DNA from: Myxococcales bacterium
GTDB lineage: Bacteria > Myxococcota_A > Polyangia > Polyangiales > DASUME01
NCBI GenBank assembly: GCA_047601445.1
Contig: JASGJH010000001.1
Span: 3,840,001 to 3,904,000 of the forward strand
Direction of reading: 5' to 3'
Length of the DNA stretch: 64,000 nucleotides
The notes under the pieces are model-generated. The model saw only the letters and a program-made list of their open reading frames with translations, searched no databases and had not been told where the DNA came from. This document shows positions 1-10,124 of the stretch, piece by piece (within the stretch, counting starts at the first letter, position 1; each line of letters starts with the position of its first letter). Made by a program: the position numbers and the translations under genes.

Positions 1-220
1 CGCCGCGCTCGAGACCTCCTTGATCGGCGAAGACCCGGGCGCCGTGGAGCAGATGAAGGCGTCCTTTCTGGCCAAGCAGCCGGAGCTCTCCGCCATCGTC
101 GAGGCTTCGCTGATGGACGCGTCCGGCAAGGCCGACGCCTTGGAGCTGCTGCAGGGCTTCTTTCAGGCGCTCGCCAAGCGACCCCAAAACCGAGCCTGCC
201 CATGCAATAAATATCAATAA
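1..220 (+). CDS. 3' end of a hypothetical protein (probably truncated by the window edge)
   Basis: GC-rich coding-like frame running from the window edge to TAA at 218-220. Confidence 0.5.
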   Translation, partial: AALETSLIGEDPGAVEQMKASFLAKQPELSAIVEASLMDASGKADALELLQGFFQALAKRPQNRACPCNKYQ

Positions 221-270
221 TTTTATTGAGATAAATATTATTACTTTACGGTAAGTTACTTCTTGGTAAT
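205..270. promoter_or_regulatory. AT-rich promoter/operator island upstream of the AraC gene
   Basis: Palindrome TCAATAA-tt-TTATTGA (214-229) and two tandem TTAC-N6-GTAA palindromes (241-254, 256-269) in a strongly GC-rich genome. Confidence 0.6.
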
Positions 271-318
271 AGTCACCGCTGCTTTGTCGCTCGGCTTGTT
301 TTTTCTTCGGAGCGCCTG

Positions 319-1356
319 ATGCAGCTTGTCTCGATGATGCTCGTTCGCGGTCTCGCGTCCGAACTGCACGTCCGCGGCGCGGATGTGGATGCCCTGCTCA
401 AGCGGCTCGGCCTGCGCACGGACGCGCTGTGTGATCCGCGCGGCACGGTGCCGAACGCCAGCTGGGAGCAGTTGGTCTCACGCGCTTTCGACCTCACCCT
501 GGATCCCCTGCTCGGCCTCGCGGTGGGGGCGCGCGTCGCGGAGGGAACCTCCCACGTGGTCTCGGCGCTGGTGGCGAGTCGCCCCACGCTGCGCGATGCC
601 TTCGTGAGCATCGAGCGCTACGGCATCCTGATCAGCGGCTCACGCGCCTGGCACCTGCTCGAGCGAGACGACGTGGCTCAGCTGTGCCTCGAGGCAGACG
701 AGCGCGACGATCTCACCGCTCGTTTCGAGATCGACTGCACGCTCGCCTTCGCTCACCAGGCGCTGCGCCGCTTGGCACCGGAGTTCTCGCCCGGCAACGT
801 GAGCATGCTGCTGCGCCGCGAGGTCCCCGCCGCGTTCGCCCAAGCCTTCGCGCAGCGCGCCCACTGCGATGCCCAGTTCGGGCGCGAGCGCCACGCGCTG
901 GTGTTCCCGCGGGCCCTTCTGGACCGCTCGCAGTTCCTCACGGACAAGCTCATCGAGGCTTCGCTCATGGCTGCCGCCGACAAGCTGCTCGCAGGACTTC
1001 CGCTGCCCCAGGTCGAAGATCGCGTGCGCGCGTCGCTGCGCGCCGAACCCACGTGGCAGGAGATGAACCTGGACGTGATGGCGCGGCTCCTGCGGATGAC
1101 CCCGCGCGCCCTGCGCCGCGGCTTGGCCAGCGAAGGGACTTCCTTCTCGCTGCTTCTCGACCAGGAGCGGCGCCGCGCTGCCAGCGAGCTCCTGAGCGAA
1201 CCCGACTGCTCCATCGACGAGCTCTCCGAGCGCCTCGGCTTCTCGGAGCGCAGCGCGTTCTACCGGGCGTTTCGGCGCTGGACTGGCCAGACCCCATGGC
1301 GCTTTCGCCAGGCGATCATCCGGGCTCCCTTCATGGCGCCCGCGTACCCAGGCTGA
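319..1356 (+). CDS. AraC-family transcriptional regulator (Arabinose_bd_2/OruR type)
   Basis: C-terminal HTH_18 signature (LGFSERSAFYRAFRRWTGQTP), 345 aa. Confidence 0.92.
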   Translation: MQLVSMMLVRGLASELHVRGADVDALLKRLGLRTDALCDPRGTVPNASWEQLVSRAFDLTLDPLLGLAVGARVAEGTSHVVSALVASRPTLRDAFVSIERYGILISGSRAWHLLERDDVAQLCLEADERDDLTARFEIDCTLAFAHQALRRLAPEFSPGNVSMLLRREVPAAFAQAFAQRAHCDAQFGRERHALVFPRALLDRSQFLTDKLIEASLMAAADKLLAGLPLPQVEDRVRASLRAEPTWQEMNLDVMARLLRMTPRALRRGLASEGTSFSLLLDQERRRAASELLSEPDCSIDELSERLGFSERSAFYRAFRRWTGQTPWRFRQAIIRAPFMAPAYPG

Positions 1357-2203
1357 GCTCCCCCGAACTGATGCGGATGGCGCCGAGCTGCGTGGGAATG
1401 GCATGGTCGACGGCGACCTTGGCATCGAGGGTGGCGTTGAGTCGTGCGGGGAGCTGACCGTCGAGGCTCACGCTGACGGGGATCTCCTGATCGAGCTTGG
1501 GATGGATGGTCTGGTGCAAGGGCACCTTGAGCCGCTCATGCAGAGGCACGCGGACCGTGCCGCGCACGCGCACGTCGTCCTTGAGCTGCACCTTGAGGTT
1601 GACCGGGATGCGCGTGTGGAGCGGCAGCTTGAGCGCCTGCGGACGCAGCTTGATGGTGTCGCGCACGTGAATCTTCTGGTGAATGGGCACGCGCATCTTC
1701 ACGGGCAAGTCGGCCTTCACGGGCACCGTGATGCCGAGCGCCGTCTTCACCTTGCTGTCGAGGGGCACCACGGTCTCCACGTCGATGGTGTCATCCACCA
1801 TCACGTCGGTGTCGATGGGGATGGCTAGCTGGCTGAGATCGAGATCGCGCTCGGTGAGCACGGTGTCGATGGGGACCTCGAGCGCGAGCGCGAGCGGCTC
1901 CACGTGGAGGCTCGAGTCCAGCGGCACCTCCACCACCATGTTCAACGGGATCTCCAGGGTCTCGTGGAGCGGAATGGCGAGCTGTCCGAGCCGCACCTTG
2001 GCGTCGATCTGCTTGGACAGGGCCACCTGAACGTCCTGGGCCACGGCGGCCGAGAGCGGCACCTCGCCGCGCACCACCACGGGCACGTCGTTCTTCAAGC
2101 GCAACACAAGCTCGTAGCGTGACGTGCCTAACCAGATCAGTCCCCCGAGTGCGGCGAGCGTCGCTGTGATCATCGCCGTCTTCGTCCAGCCCTTGGCGTC
2201 CAC
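1331..2203 (-). CDS. Hypothetical membrane-anchored protein rich in V/I/L-P beta-strand repeats
   Basis: N-terminal TM helix followed by repeated (V/I)P(L/I/V) motifs. Confidence 0.75.
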   Translation of the reverse strand: MDAKGWTKTAMITATLAALGGLIWLGTSRYELVLRLKNDVPVVVRGEVPLSAAVAQDVQVALSKQIDAKVRLGQLAIPLHETLEIPLNMVVEVPLDSSLHVEPLALALEVPIDTVLTERDLDLSQLAIPIDTDVMVDDTIDVETVVPLDSKVKTALGITVPVKADLPVKMRVPIHQKIHVRDTIKLRPQALKLPLHTRIPVNLKVQLKDDVRVRGTVRVPLHERLKVPLHQTIHPKLDQEIPVSVSLDGQLPARLNATLDAKVAVDHAIPTQLGAIRISSGELSLGTRAP

Positions 2204-2436
2204 CGTGCCTCTTTTCTCAGCTCGCGCGCCCGAGGGCGCGCTTCGATCAGCGCGACAACCATGGGGTCGCCGCCGCCACTTGGCAACGGAGCGGGGAAAG
2301 CTGCGGTGTTGTCCGGGGCTGGGCGAGAGGGCCGCGCTTTGCCGACATCAGGCGCCGATTTTTTGCGCGAATGGGGCGCAATTCTTCAACGTCACCCCGG
2401 CCACGTGCCACTCAGAACGGGGGGTTTGGGGGACAG

Positions 2437-4101
2437 ATGACGCATGCAAGTTCGACTGGTTCGTGGCTGCTTCGGCTCTCGCTTTCGGTGCTCGTGGCGC
2501 AGGGGGCGCTGGTGGGCTGTGGTGACGGGGGAGGCTCGAGAGATCGCGACGGGGGCTCGGATCGCGACGGCGCCGTCGACCTCGATTCGGGCATGTACCT
2601 GCCTCCGCCGGAGATCCCCGATCCCCCGGCCAGTGTCTGCTCGACCCTGGGGCTGACCTACGCGGGCGCGGGCTGTGGCTCGGTGTGCTCGAGCGTCCGG
2701 TGTCAGTGCGATCCGTTCCCGAGCTCGTACATCGCGTGTCATCAGACCTTCGGGTGTCTGACCGCCGTGGACTGCGCGGCGGCCTGCGAGGCCGACCTGG
2801 CCGACGTGCTGGAGTGCGCCGGCAAGTACGTGCCGTGCGAGCAGGATAGCGATTGCGGGGCCGGCCGATGCGCGCGGCGCGCAGGAGATGCCAAAGGCGA
2901 GTGCACCGCAGGCGGGTCGGGCACGCACTGCATCGACCAGGGCGACTGCCTCGATGGCTTCTGCGTGGCCAAGGACTCCGAGGGCAATCGCGCGTGCAGC
3001 GCGGACACCAGCGGCGCTACCTGCAACGAGGAGAGCCAGTGCAAGACCGGACACTGCCTGCTCCCCAGCGGATCCTTCGTGGGCGCTTGCTCCGATGGCA
3101 GCGAGGGTGCGCACTGCACCAAGACGGTGGGCTGCCAGAGCGGGCTCGTCTGCGTGATCTCGCCCTACGGCTCCGATGGCACGTGCGGAAACGGCGCGGC
3201 GGGTGACACCTGCTACGACGCGGACGACTGCAAGGGCGGCCTGTTCTGCGCCAAGGACTCGCCGACGAACTCAGGTCAGTGCAGTAGCGGAGAGATCGGC
3301 GCCAACTGCGGTACGAACGCCGACTGCAAGTCGGGCAAGTGCGTGGACGTCGACTCGTTCAGCAAGTACTGCTCCGACGGCGAGCTCGAGAGCCCCTGCG
3401 GCGCGGCCGCCGACTGCAAGTCGGGTTACTGCGTGCAGAACTACAAGAATGGCTTCATCGGCAAGCAATGCACCGATGGTGCGGTCAACTCGGCCTGTCG
3501 CGAAGACGTGGACTGCAGCACGCAGAAGTGCGTGCCCATGGCAGGCGGCATCGGCGTGTGCATCGTGGGCAACCTGGGCGACTACTGCGCGCGCGACGAG
3601 CAGTGCCTGAATGGTCGCTGCTCCAACACCCAGAACTCCTGGGGCAAATGCGTGGACGGCGCGAATGGCTCGGGCTGCGCCAACGCCATGGACTGTGTGT
3701 CCTTGCGCTGCGCTACCAGCGGAGGCTCGAGCGGCCTGTGCACCGCAGGCGGCCTGAAGGATCCGTGCGGGGCCGACGACCAGTGCGACTCCACCTATTG
3801 CACCGCCACCAGCTCCGAGATTGGCGAGTGCACCTCAGGCCAGCTGAAGTCGGCTTGCCGCACCAGCCAGGACTGCGCCGTGGGCAAGTGCGCCTACAGC
3901 ACGGGCCTCGGAGAAGGCCAGTGCACGGACGGTCTCGAGGGCAGCTGGTGCGTGACCGTCAGCGATTGCTACGCGGGCGCCTACCAATGCGCCACCGGCG
4001 GCAACAGCGCGGGCCTCTGCACGGGCGGCGATGCGATGGACTACTGCCAGCGTAGCTCCGAGTGCAAGAGCAATGTTTGTAACAACAGTAAGTGTCAGTA
4101 G
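2437..4101 (+). CDS. Cys-rich repeat lipoprotein
   Basis: Signal peptide with lipobox LVGC; about 14 tandem ~30-aa four-Cys repeats (CxDGxxGxxCxxxxDCxSGxC). Confidence 0.85.
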   Translation: MTHASSTGSWLLRLSLSVLVAQGALVGCGDGGGSRDRDGGSDRDGAVDLDSGMYLPPPEIPDPPASVCSTLGLTYAGAGCGSVCSSVRCQCDPFPSSYIACHQTFGCLTAVDCAAACEADLADVLECAGKYVPCEQDSDCGAGRCARRAGDAKGECTAGGSGTHCIDQGDCLDGFCVAKDSEGNRACSADTSGATCNEESQCKTGHCLLPSGSFVGACSDGSEGAHCTKTVGCQSGLVCVISPYGSDGTCGNGAAGDTCYDADDCKGGLFCAKDSPTNSGQCSSGEIGANCGTNADCKSGKCVDVDSFSKYCSDGELESPCGAAADCKSGYCVQNYKNGFIGKQCTDGAVNSACREDVDCSTQKCVPMAGGIGVCIVGNLGDYCARDEQCLNGRCSNTQNSWGKCVDGANGSGCANAMDCVSLRCATSGGSSGLCTAGGLKDPCGADDQCDSTYCTATSSEIGECTSGQLKSACRTSQDCAVGKCAYSTGLGEGQCTDGLEGSWCVTVSDCYAGAYQCATGGNSAGLCTGGDAMDYCQRSSECKSNVCNNSKCQ

Positions 4102-4366
4102 CTGGCGGCAGATAGTGCGCAGCGGTTGACAGCGCCCGCGGTTGACGGGGCAGCGGGCGACCGCGACGCGCAGCGTACTCCGGCGATGCCCGACCGAGAT
4201 ACCCGCGACAGGTTCCGAATTAGTCCAACCTTTCGGGCGCTAGCGTTCGCTCCCTCCTCAAACCCGCCGGGCGCCGAGCACTCGAGATACCCCCGAAACC
4301 GTCCGGCTACATCGACCTGGGACACTCGGTATGGCCCCCTCTCCTTGGGGCCAAGGCCGAACCCCC

Positions 4367-7090
4367 ATGGCGATGAATCACTACTCCAATCTGGTCGAGG
4401 CTCCGCGTGGACGGGTATCCCCCGCTTCGGTGCGCGCCCAGCTCGAGCGTATCCGCAGCGACCTGAAGGGCATGCTGCAACATCCGGAGACCGCTGGCGT
4501 GGCGCTGGCCAGCCTGCATGCGGCGCAGATGGACGAGCTGCTGCGGACGCTCTACAGCCAGGCCGGCTTCGACCAGCGCGAGGTGCCGCTTCTGATCGGC
4601 GCCGTGGGTGGCTACGGCCGCGGCGTGCTGGGCTGGAAGAGCGACGTGGATTTGTGCTTCATCACCAACGAGGCGCCCGAGTCGCTGCTGCCGCTGGTGG
4701 ACGAGCTCCTATATCCACTCTGGGATGCGGGGGTCAGCGTGGGACATCAGGTCCTGGCCATCTCGGACGTGATCGACGCGGCGGTGAACGACATCCCCAC
4801 GGCGACGGAGCTGCTCGACTTGCGCCCCGTGGCCGGCACGCTCGCCCTGGCCGAGATCCTCCGAGAATGCTTGTCCATGAGCGTGTTCACGGAGGAGAAG
4901 GTCCCCGACTTCATCGAGCGGCTCGTCGAGCGCACGAACGCGCGCCACCAGCGCTTCGGTGACTCGGTGTACTTGCTCGAGCCCGACGTGAAGAACGGCA
5001 CCGGGGGCCTGCGCGACCTCGACTTCGCGCTGTGGGCGGCGCGAGCGCGCTTCGGCATCTCGCGGCTGCGCGACCTGATGAAGATCGACGTGCTGTCCGC
5101 CGCGCGCGTGCGTGAGGTGGAGAGCGCCATCGACTTCCTGTGGGCCGTGCGTAACAGGCTGCACGAGCAGGCCCGTCGCAAGGCGGATCGCCTGACCTTC
5201 GGAGAGCAGGAGTCGGTGGCGCGCGCCATGGGCTACGGCCGCAAGGTGCACGTGGGTGCGGCCGAGCACTCGCTCCAGCACACGGGTGCGATGATCGAGG
5301 CCTTCATGTCGGACTACTACCGGCACGCACGGGTGATCCGACAGGTCAGCGAGCAAATTTTGGGGCACGCCATGCGCCGCGCGCCTTGCCCCGCGCCCCA
5401 CGAGCAGACGTTCTCTCCGGGCATCGTGACGTGCGAAGGTGGCGTCGGCCTGGAGAACCTGTCGCGGCTCAAGACCGAACCAGCGCTGGCGCTGCAGCTG
5501 TTTGCCGTGGCCGTGGGACTCGAGCTGCCAGTGCTGTCGCGCTCGCGCGACGCGGTGATCCAGGCGGCGAGTGAGGCGGACTTCGGAGCGCGCCTGCGGA
5601 ACGACGTGGAAGCCAAGGGACTGTTCGTGCAGCTCGTGGGGAGCCGTCGGCGCTCGCCCTTCCCCAATCGCTCCATCGTGGGTGAGCTCCACGAGGTCGG
5701 CCTCCTACTCGCGATGGTCCCCGAGTTCGCCCCTGTGGTTGGGCGCGTACACCACGACATCTATCACGTGTACACGGTGGATGTTCACTCGGTGGCCGCC
5801 GTCGATCATCTGCACGCCATGGCGCGCGGCGAGCTCACGCGCGAGCACCCGCTGGCCACCAGCTTGGCCGCCGAGGTCACCAATCACACCATGCTGGCGC
5901 TCGCCACCTTGCTGCATGACGTGGGCAAGGCCATCGGCGGACACGATCACGCCAGCCGGGGCGCCGAAATGGCCCGCACCATCTTGCAGCGGCTCGAGCT
6001 GCCCGCCGAGGACATCGACGATGCTTGCCACTTGATCGACAAACACCTCGCGCTGTACGTCGTGGCCGCGCGCCGTGATCTCGGAGATCCCGCCACCATC
6101 CGCGACTTCGCCAGCGAGGTGTGGGGCCGCGAAGGGCTGCGCGACCTGTACCTGCTCACGGTGGCCGACCTCTCCACCACCAGCCCCAATGCCATGACCA
6201 AATGGAAGGCTGGCATGATGGACGAGCTCTGGCGCGCCACCGACGCATTCCTGGCAGGAAGCGACATCGCCGAGCCGAGCCGCGTCTCACGCCTGCGGGC
6301 CCAGGTGCGCGCGCTGTGGCCTTCCCGCACCAACCTGCAGCCGCTCGATGACTACCTCGACAGCATGCCGGAGCGCTACTTGCTCGCCAATACGCCGGCG
6401 GAGATTGTCGCCCACGCATTGATCGCCACCGAGCCGCGCGAGGGGGCGGTGGCGGCCTCGCTGGTGGCGACCCGTCTCGAGGACGTGATGGAGCTCTGCG
6501 TGGTCACCGAAGGGCGCTCGAGCAAGGGCTTGTGCGTGGTGGCAGGCGATCGACCGGGGCTCCTGGCAGGCATCGCCGCGGCCATCTCGGGCAACCGACT
6601 GCGCATCCAGGCGGCCCAGATTCACTCGCGCACCTTGCGCAGCGGAGGCATGCAGGCCGTGGACCTGTTCTGGGTGCACGTGGCGCCGGGCGACGATCTC
6701 AGCCTCACCGACCGCATGCGCAAGCTACAGCGAGACCTGAACGCCGTGATCACCAACCAGGTCGCACCGCGTGATCTGGTGAAGCGCCAACACAGCTCGC
6801 GCTGGACCGAGCGCGCGCTGCCGGCCGTGGCCACCGAAGTCGTGATCGAACACCAGGCCTCGAGTCAGTACACGGTGATCGAAGTGCTCACCCAGGACCG
6901 TCCCGCGCTGCTCTTCGAGCTCGCCGAGTGCCTGCACGCGCTGGGACTCACGATTCGGGTCGCCAAGATCAGCACCGAAGGCACACGGGTCATCGACGTG
7001 TTCTACGTGAACGAGCTCGACGGCAACAAGGTGGCCCCAGGCGCCCGCACGGACGAGGTTCGCGAGCGGTTGCTGGCCACCTTGCGTTGA
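4367..7090 (+). CDS. glnD: [Protein-PII] uridylyltransferase/uridylyl-removing enzyme
   Basis: NTase motif AVGGYGRG..SDVD, EPDVKNGTGGLRD, HD domain (YHVYTVDVH, LLHDVGK), two C-terminal ACT domains (DRPGLL, DRPALL); exact start uncertain (4331-4373). Confidence 0.95.
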   Translation: MAMNHYSNLVEAPRGRVSPASVRAQLERIRSDLKGMLQHPETAGVALASLHAAQMDELLRTLYSQAGFDQREVPLLIGAVGGYGRGVLGWKSDVDLCFITNEAPESLLPLVDELLYPLWDAGVSVGHQVLAISDVIDAAVNDIPTATELLDLRPVAGTLALAEILRECLSMSVFTEEKVPDFIERLVERTNARHQRFGDSVYLLEPDVKNGTGGLRDLDFALWAARARFGISRLRDLMKIDVLSAARVREVESAIDFLWAVRNRLHEQARRKADRLTFGEQESVARAMGYGRKVHVGAAEHSLQHTGAMIEAFMSDYYRHARVIRQVSEQILGHAMRRAPCPAPHEQTFSPGIVTCEGGVGLENLSRLKTEPALALQLFAVAVGLELPVLSRSRDAVIQAASEADFGARLRNDVEAKGLFVQLVGSRRRSPFPNRSIVGELHEVGLLLAMVPEFAPVVGRVHHDIYHVYTVDVHSVAAVDHLHAMARGELTREHPLATSLAAEVTNHTMLALATLLHDVGKAIGGHDHASRGAEMARTILQRLELPAEDIDDACHLIDKHLALYVVAARRDLGDPATIRDFASEVWGREGLRDLYLLTVADLSTTSPNAMTKWKAGMMDELWRATDAFLAGSDIAEPSRVSRLRAQVRALWPSRTNLQPLDDYLDSMPERYLLANTPAEIVAHALIATEPREGAVAASLVATRLEDVMELCVVTEGRSSKGLCVVAGDRPGLLAGIAAAISGNRLRIQAAQIHSRTLRSGGMQAVDLFWVHVAPGDDLSLTDRMRKLQRDLNAVITNQVAPRDLVKRQHSSRWTERALPAVATEVVIEHQASSQYTVIEVLTQDRPALLFELAECLHALGLTIRVAKISTEGTRVIDVFYVNELDGNKVAPGARTDEVRERLLATLR

Positions 7091-7120
7091 CCCGCCGCGC
7101 GCCCGAGCCACGCGGGCTCT

Positions 7121-8353
7121 CTACTCGCCCGCATCGTGCTCCGTGGCGGGCGCGAGATCGAGCGCGCGATCCATGCCGTCGAACATGGCCGAGAGAATGC
7201 CGGTGGCGGCGCTGACCTCGGGGATGCCGATGTGATCGGCCGGCGGCTCGAGCCAGCTCGCTGGATCGTCGGGCCCGTAGACGTAGTCCTCGGACGCGCA
7301 GGGCAGCACCTTTTCGCAGCGCGGCGGCCCCAACAAGATGCCCTTGAGATTGTACACCGAGAGCCTGCTCGGATCCGCACCTGCGGCCAGTGCAGCCTCC
7401 ACGTCCTTGCGTAGCTCCGCGCCGTTCTCCAGCGTCTTCCCGTCCTGAAGAATCGGTCCCGGATGCGTCACGCCGAGCGTGAAGCCGAGGTCCTGCTCGG
7501 GAAAGCGCGCGAGCGCCTCCTGCACGTAGCTGTACACGAAGTGGGGCCCGAGCCCGGGTGCCAAGGCGGCGAACGCCGAGCGGTAGACCTGGAAGTCCAG
7601 CTGGTCCCACGACACGCCCTCGACGATCACGCCGAAGTACTGGCGCAGGTCGTCGTCGTCGTCGCGGTAGTCGGCGATGACGGTGGCGATGGCGGAGAGC
7701 TGCGCCTTCCACCCCTGCCCGTGCAGCTCGTCGACCAGCTCCGCGTAGGTGCGCGTGGCCTGGGCGAAGCGCTCCTGATCGATGTGATCGCGCGGCAATG
7801 CCTCGGCGATGTTCATGGAGGAGAGCGCCTCCTGAAGCTCGCGCGATGGCTCCATGTCCACCAGCAGTGTGGTTGGTTTGAGCCCGCGCGCCTGCCACTG
7901 CCGTAGCAGATCTCGCGCGTGAACCGCAAACGCGTCGGCGTTCAGCGCACTCGGGAAGTATCCGTCTGCGAAGCTCAAGACCAGCCAAGGACGCACCTCG
8001 ATGCCGTGCCGGTGCGCGCGCTCGATGGTGGTGAACACGGCGTCCATCGCCTCGGGCAGCGCGAGCTTGTGAACCTGAATGGCGAGGGCGACCGTCAAGT
8101 TATGCTTGGCCAGTAGCGGAAAGGCTCCCTCCACATCGGCGAGCGTCTCCACGTGACGCGGGTCGATGTGCTCATCGCCCTGCGTTCCGTCGTCCTCGAT
8201 AGCCTCTACCGCGACCCCGCCGAAGCCGGCGGGATAGTCATGGGCGGGATCGACGGCGTTGATGTTGGTGGGATGGTCGACGCGCTTGCAGCCCGAGAGG
8301 CCGAACAAGAGCCCGAGGACCACGCTTTCGAGAGGGCGTGACGAGCGCTTCAT
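7121..8353 (-). CDS. Hypothetical lipoprotein, possibly TIM-barrel/glycoside-hydrolase-like
   Basis: Lipobox LSGC; alternating alpha/beta pattern with LLVDMEP and DFQVYRS motifs. Confidence 0.7.
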   Translation of the reverse strand: MKRSSRPLESVVLGLLFGLSGCKRVDHPTNINAVDPAHDYPAGFGGVAVEAIEDDGTQGDEHIDPRHVETLADVEGAFPLLAKHNLTVALAIQVHKLALPEAMDAVFTTIERAHRHGIEVRPWLVLSFADGYFPSALNADAFAVHARDLLRQWQARGLKPTTLLVDMEPSRELQEALSSMNIAEALPRDHIDQERFAQATRTYAELVDELHGQGWKAQLSAIATVIADYRDDDDDLRQYFGVIVEGVSWDQLDFQVYRSAFAALAPGLGPHFVYSYVQEALARFPEQDLGFTLGVTHPGPILQDGKTLENGAELRKDVEAALAAGADPSRLSVYNLKGILLGPPRCEKVLPCASEDYVYGPDDPASWLEPPADHIGIPEVSAATGILSAMFDGMDRALDLAPATEHDAGE

Positions 8354-8485
8354 GGGGGCTGATTGCCCGTGATTGCACGCAGTGTGCCGCTCGTGTTCCC
8401 AAATGCGCGAGGCTGCGCTCTACGCCGGAAAATGCCCGTGTAAGGCCCCCAACGCAACTCTGTCACGCTAGCTCGAACCGCCTCG

Positions 8486-10043
8486 CTAGGTCCCCACGGC
8501 GGCCATGACTGGAGCGCATTCGCCACGGCGGGGCGAATTGAAGCGCACGCCCGAGCGCTCCCAGAGCCCGCGCTCCAGCGCCGCCACCAACGCCTCGGCT
8601 TGCTCGGGTGAAGGCAGCCCCGCCACCCCAATCAGCTCCGACGCCTGCGGCTCCTCGAGCTCTGCGCGCAGCACACCCACCGCCTCGGCCTGGGCGCGCC
8701 GAATCTGCGCCCGCTCTGCGTACGACAGCTGCGGCAACAGCCACTCGGAGAGCTGCCAGGCCAGGCCGGCATGACGGGTCTCGTCCTGGGCGATGCGCGC
8801 CATCGTCGCGCGAATTTCAGGATCCTCGGCGTGCCAGGACTGAAAGGTCGCGAGCAACGCCGCGAAGGTCTCGTGTACGCAGCCCTCCAGGGCATTGTCC
8901 AGGGCAAGCTCGAAGGCGTTGCGCAACGGACGCTCACCCACCTCGAGCGGGGTCGGCTCAGCCCCGAAACGCGCTGCGATCGCATCCATGAGGCGAGCGT
9001 GCTCCAGCTCGTCCTCCTGGGCGCGGCGCGCTTTGGCCACGAGGTCGCTGGGTGCACCGAGTGCTTCGAGCTCGGCCGCGATGGTCGCGAAGGCCGGCAC
9101 GGACGCCGCCTCGAGGTGCGCCGCATGCGCAAAGAAGCGCGCGAGGGGATCGCGGCTGCGAGGCTCCACACGCGAGCGCAGGTCCGGGGGCCTACGCCCT
9201 GGGACCACACAGCCGTCCGGGTCAGAGGAGACCACCTTCTTGGAGACTAGCTCCGCCCTGCCGGTTGGGCGCACGAGATACGTGATCTCGAGCTGCTCCA
9301 GCGGATGGCACATGTTGCCCATCGCGGCCGAGCGCAGCAACACGCCCTCCGGGACCACTTTGTAGGCGTTCTGGCGGACATCGCCGCAGCCGTAGCTACC
9401 CAGCTCGTCCATCATCAAAACGAGACGCGCTTCAGCAGGGCTATCGATGGTACCGAGAAGTTCGGCGACGTTGTCTGCTGTGTAGAGCTTGACGCTGCTG
9501 CCCTTGGTGGTGGCCACGATATAGGTCGTGCCGCAGGAACCGCTGACGTTACATGGCTCGACCTGCTGCGAGAATGCAGCCTCCGCGTCTTGAAGCTCCT
9601 GCTTGCAAGCGGGGACGTCCGCGGCGCCCTCACAGCGCACGCCGAACTGCGCGAAGCTGTAAGGTGCACCCACCCTACCGACCGACTCGAAGTTGAAGTA
9701 CGTCACCGACGACGCGAACGTGGAGATCCTGCACACGCCAGTCGACGTTTCCGTCCTTGAGGCAGGGAAACTCCGTGAAGCCCAGGTCGGACTCGCCTGC
9801 GTCCGTGTCGACCTGGCCCGCGTCGTCGCCCGCGTCGCGCACCGTGGCGTCGCCGCCGGCGTCGCGGGGGCCCCAACTCTTCCCCTCCGAGGCGGTGTGA
9901 TGCCCAAGACAACCGGCGCTCAAGACCATCCCCAGGCTGGCCTCCCATACCGAGCGTCGAAACAGGAGTTGCAAGAGACGGTCCGTGGTGTCGAAGGCGC
10001 GCGGCGCGTGCGCGGGCTGAGAGCCAGGACGAAAGCCAAGCAT
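8486..10043 (-). pseudogene. Myxobacterial ferritin-like domain lipoprotein with apparent frameshift near 9717 (probably a sequencing artefact)
   Basis: N-terminal ORF 9675-10043 carries lipobox SAGC; C-terminal frame has GRRP then EAASVPAF, DELEHA, EGCVHET, DETRHA di-iron motifs; removing one A at 9717-9718 gives 518 aa. Confidence 0.8.
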
Positions 10044-10124
10044 GACGACCTCTTAGGGGAGAAGACTAGCGGTCACACTACGGTGTACTCGGGCGCGCGC
10101 CAAGCGAATCACGATCACCCCAAT

